64,000 nucleotides of DNA from an uncultured Acidobacteriota bacterium (GTDB taxonomy: Bacteria > Acidobacteriota > Vicinamibacteria > Vicinamibacterales > CAVVIG01): the NCBI GenBank assembly GCA_963745495.1, contig CAVUXJ010000004.1, positions 299,985 to 363,984 of the forward strand, read 5' to 3'. Made by a program: the position numbers and the translations under genes. Shown piece by piece: positions 63,532 to 64,000 of this stretch. The notes below the pieces were generated by a model, which ran no database searches, was not told where the DNA came from, and saw nothing but the letters and a program-made list of their open reading frames with translations. The stretch's first letter is position 1. The number at the start of each line of letters is the position of its first letter.

Positions 63532-64000
63532 ATGGCGAAATACGCCGCCTCGATCGGTCTGGTCTGTCTGGGGCTGATCGCGCCCATTCGGGCCGCCGCG
63601 CCGTCCCACGTCGACATCACCTGGATGTCCATCTCGAACACCTACTTCGAGCTCGGGCCGCTTCGCATCCTCGCGGATGGTTACTTCACGCGGCTGCCAG
63701 AGAGCGCGTTCTCCGGCGGTGGCGGTGGCCTCGCCAAGACGAGCCAGGCGTTCAAGCCGGATGTCTCCGCGGTGACGCGCGTCTTCAAAGCCCTCGGCGG
63801 GCCCTCGAGCGTCAACGTCCTGCTGACCGGCCATAGCCATTTCGATCATTCGTTCGACACGGCGACGTGGTCGACCCTGACGGGCGCCCGGATCATCGGC
63901 TCGAAAACCACGTGCTTCCAGGCGCTGGCCGAGAACGTTCCGAAGGCACGATGCCTGCCGGTGAACGGCGGCGAAGCGATCGCGCTGGCGGATGGCGTCA
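63532..64000 (+). CDS. MBL-fold metallo-hydrolase, 3' end outside the window
   Basis: ATG at 63532 (not in the ORF track because no stop is reached). Signal-like MAKYAASIGLVCLGLIAPIRAAA. Metal motif LLTGHSHFDH. Confidence 0.7.
   Translation, partial: MAKYAASIGLVCLGLIAPIRAAAPSHVDITWMSISNTYFELGPLRILADGYFTRLPESAFSGGGGGLAKTSQAFKPDVSAVTRVFKALGGPSSVNVLLTGHSHFDHSFDTATWSTLTGARIIGSKTTCFQALAENVPKARCLPVNGGEAIALADGV

Overview
All calls below were made by eye; no computation or database search was run.

**Overall.** This is a high-GC bacterial chromosomal segment. Spot counts give about 65% GC in core genes. The gene content resembles a soil Acidobacteriota-type genome, but that is inference only.

**Layout.**
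- **1-13.6 kb:** a type VI secretion (T6SS) core operon: tssB (5' truncated by the window edge), tssC, two hcp genes, tagJ/impE, tssE, tssF, tssG, clpV, an inserted TPR-methyltransferase gene, and vgrG.
- **13.6-18.7 kb:** a VgrG-linked cargo-loading module made of a long pentapeptide-repeat protein, a DUF2169-pentapeptide protein, a DUF3540-like protein and a DUF4150 PAAR-like protein.
- **18.7-23 kb:** a lower-GC effector/immunity islet, and the most interesting part of the window. It holds a very lysine/arginine-rich protein with a colicin-type H-N-H-like motif directly behind the PAAR-like gene. Three copies of an unclassified ~160-aa module follow, then a SUKH (SMI1/KNR4) protein and a CHAP/NlpC-P60-type hydrolase without a signal peptide.
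- **23-38 kb:** a membrane Ser/Thr kinase, a radical-SAM / GT2 / carbamoyltransferase / GT-C glycosylation-type cluster flanking a Ser/Thr-rich PKD lipoprotein, and an FHA-lytic transglycosylase fusion.
- **38-64 kb:** redox and housekeeping genes. These are a porin, a cupredoxin, a DUF1111 di-haem protein, tRNA-Thr, marR, uvrA, mpg, siroheme/sulfite reductase genes, a SAM-I riboswitch upstream of hom-thrC, NHL-repeat paralogues and a cytochrome c.

**Main caveat.** Most genes longer than about 0.5 kb need one or more +1/-1 frame changes to read through. My rough by-eye estimate is on the order of 100 indels. Housekeeping genes are hit as heavily as accessory genes, so I read these as sequence/assembly indels rather than real pseudogenes. 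As a result the long ORFs in the six-frame track are often chimeric. Many gene ends given here are reconstructions with uncertainty of a few to tens of nucleotides.
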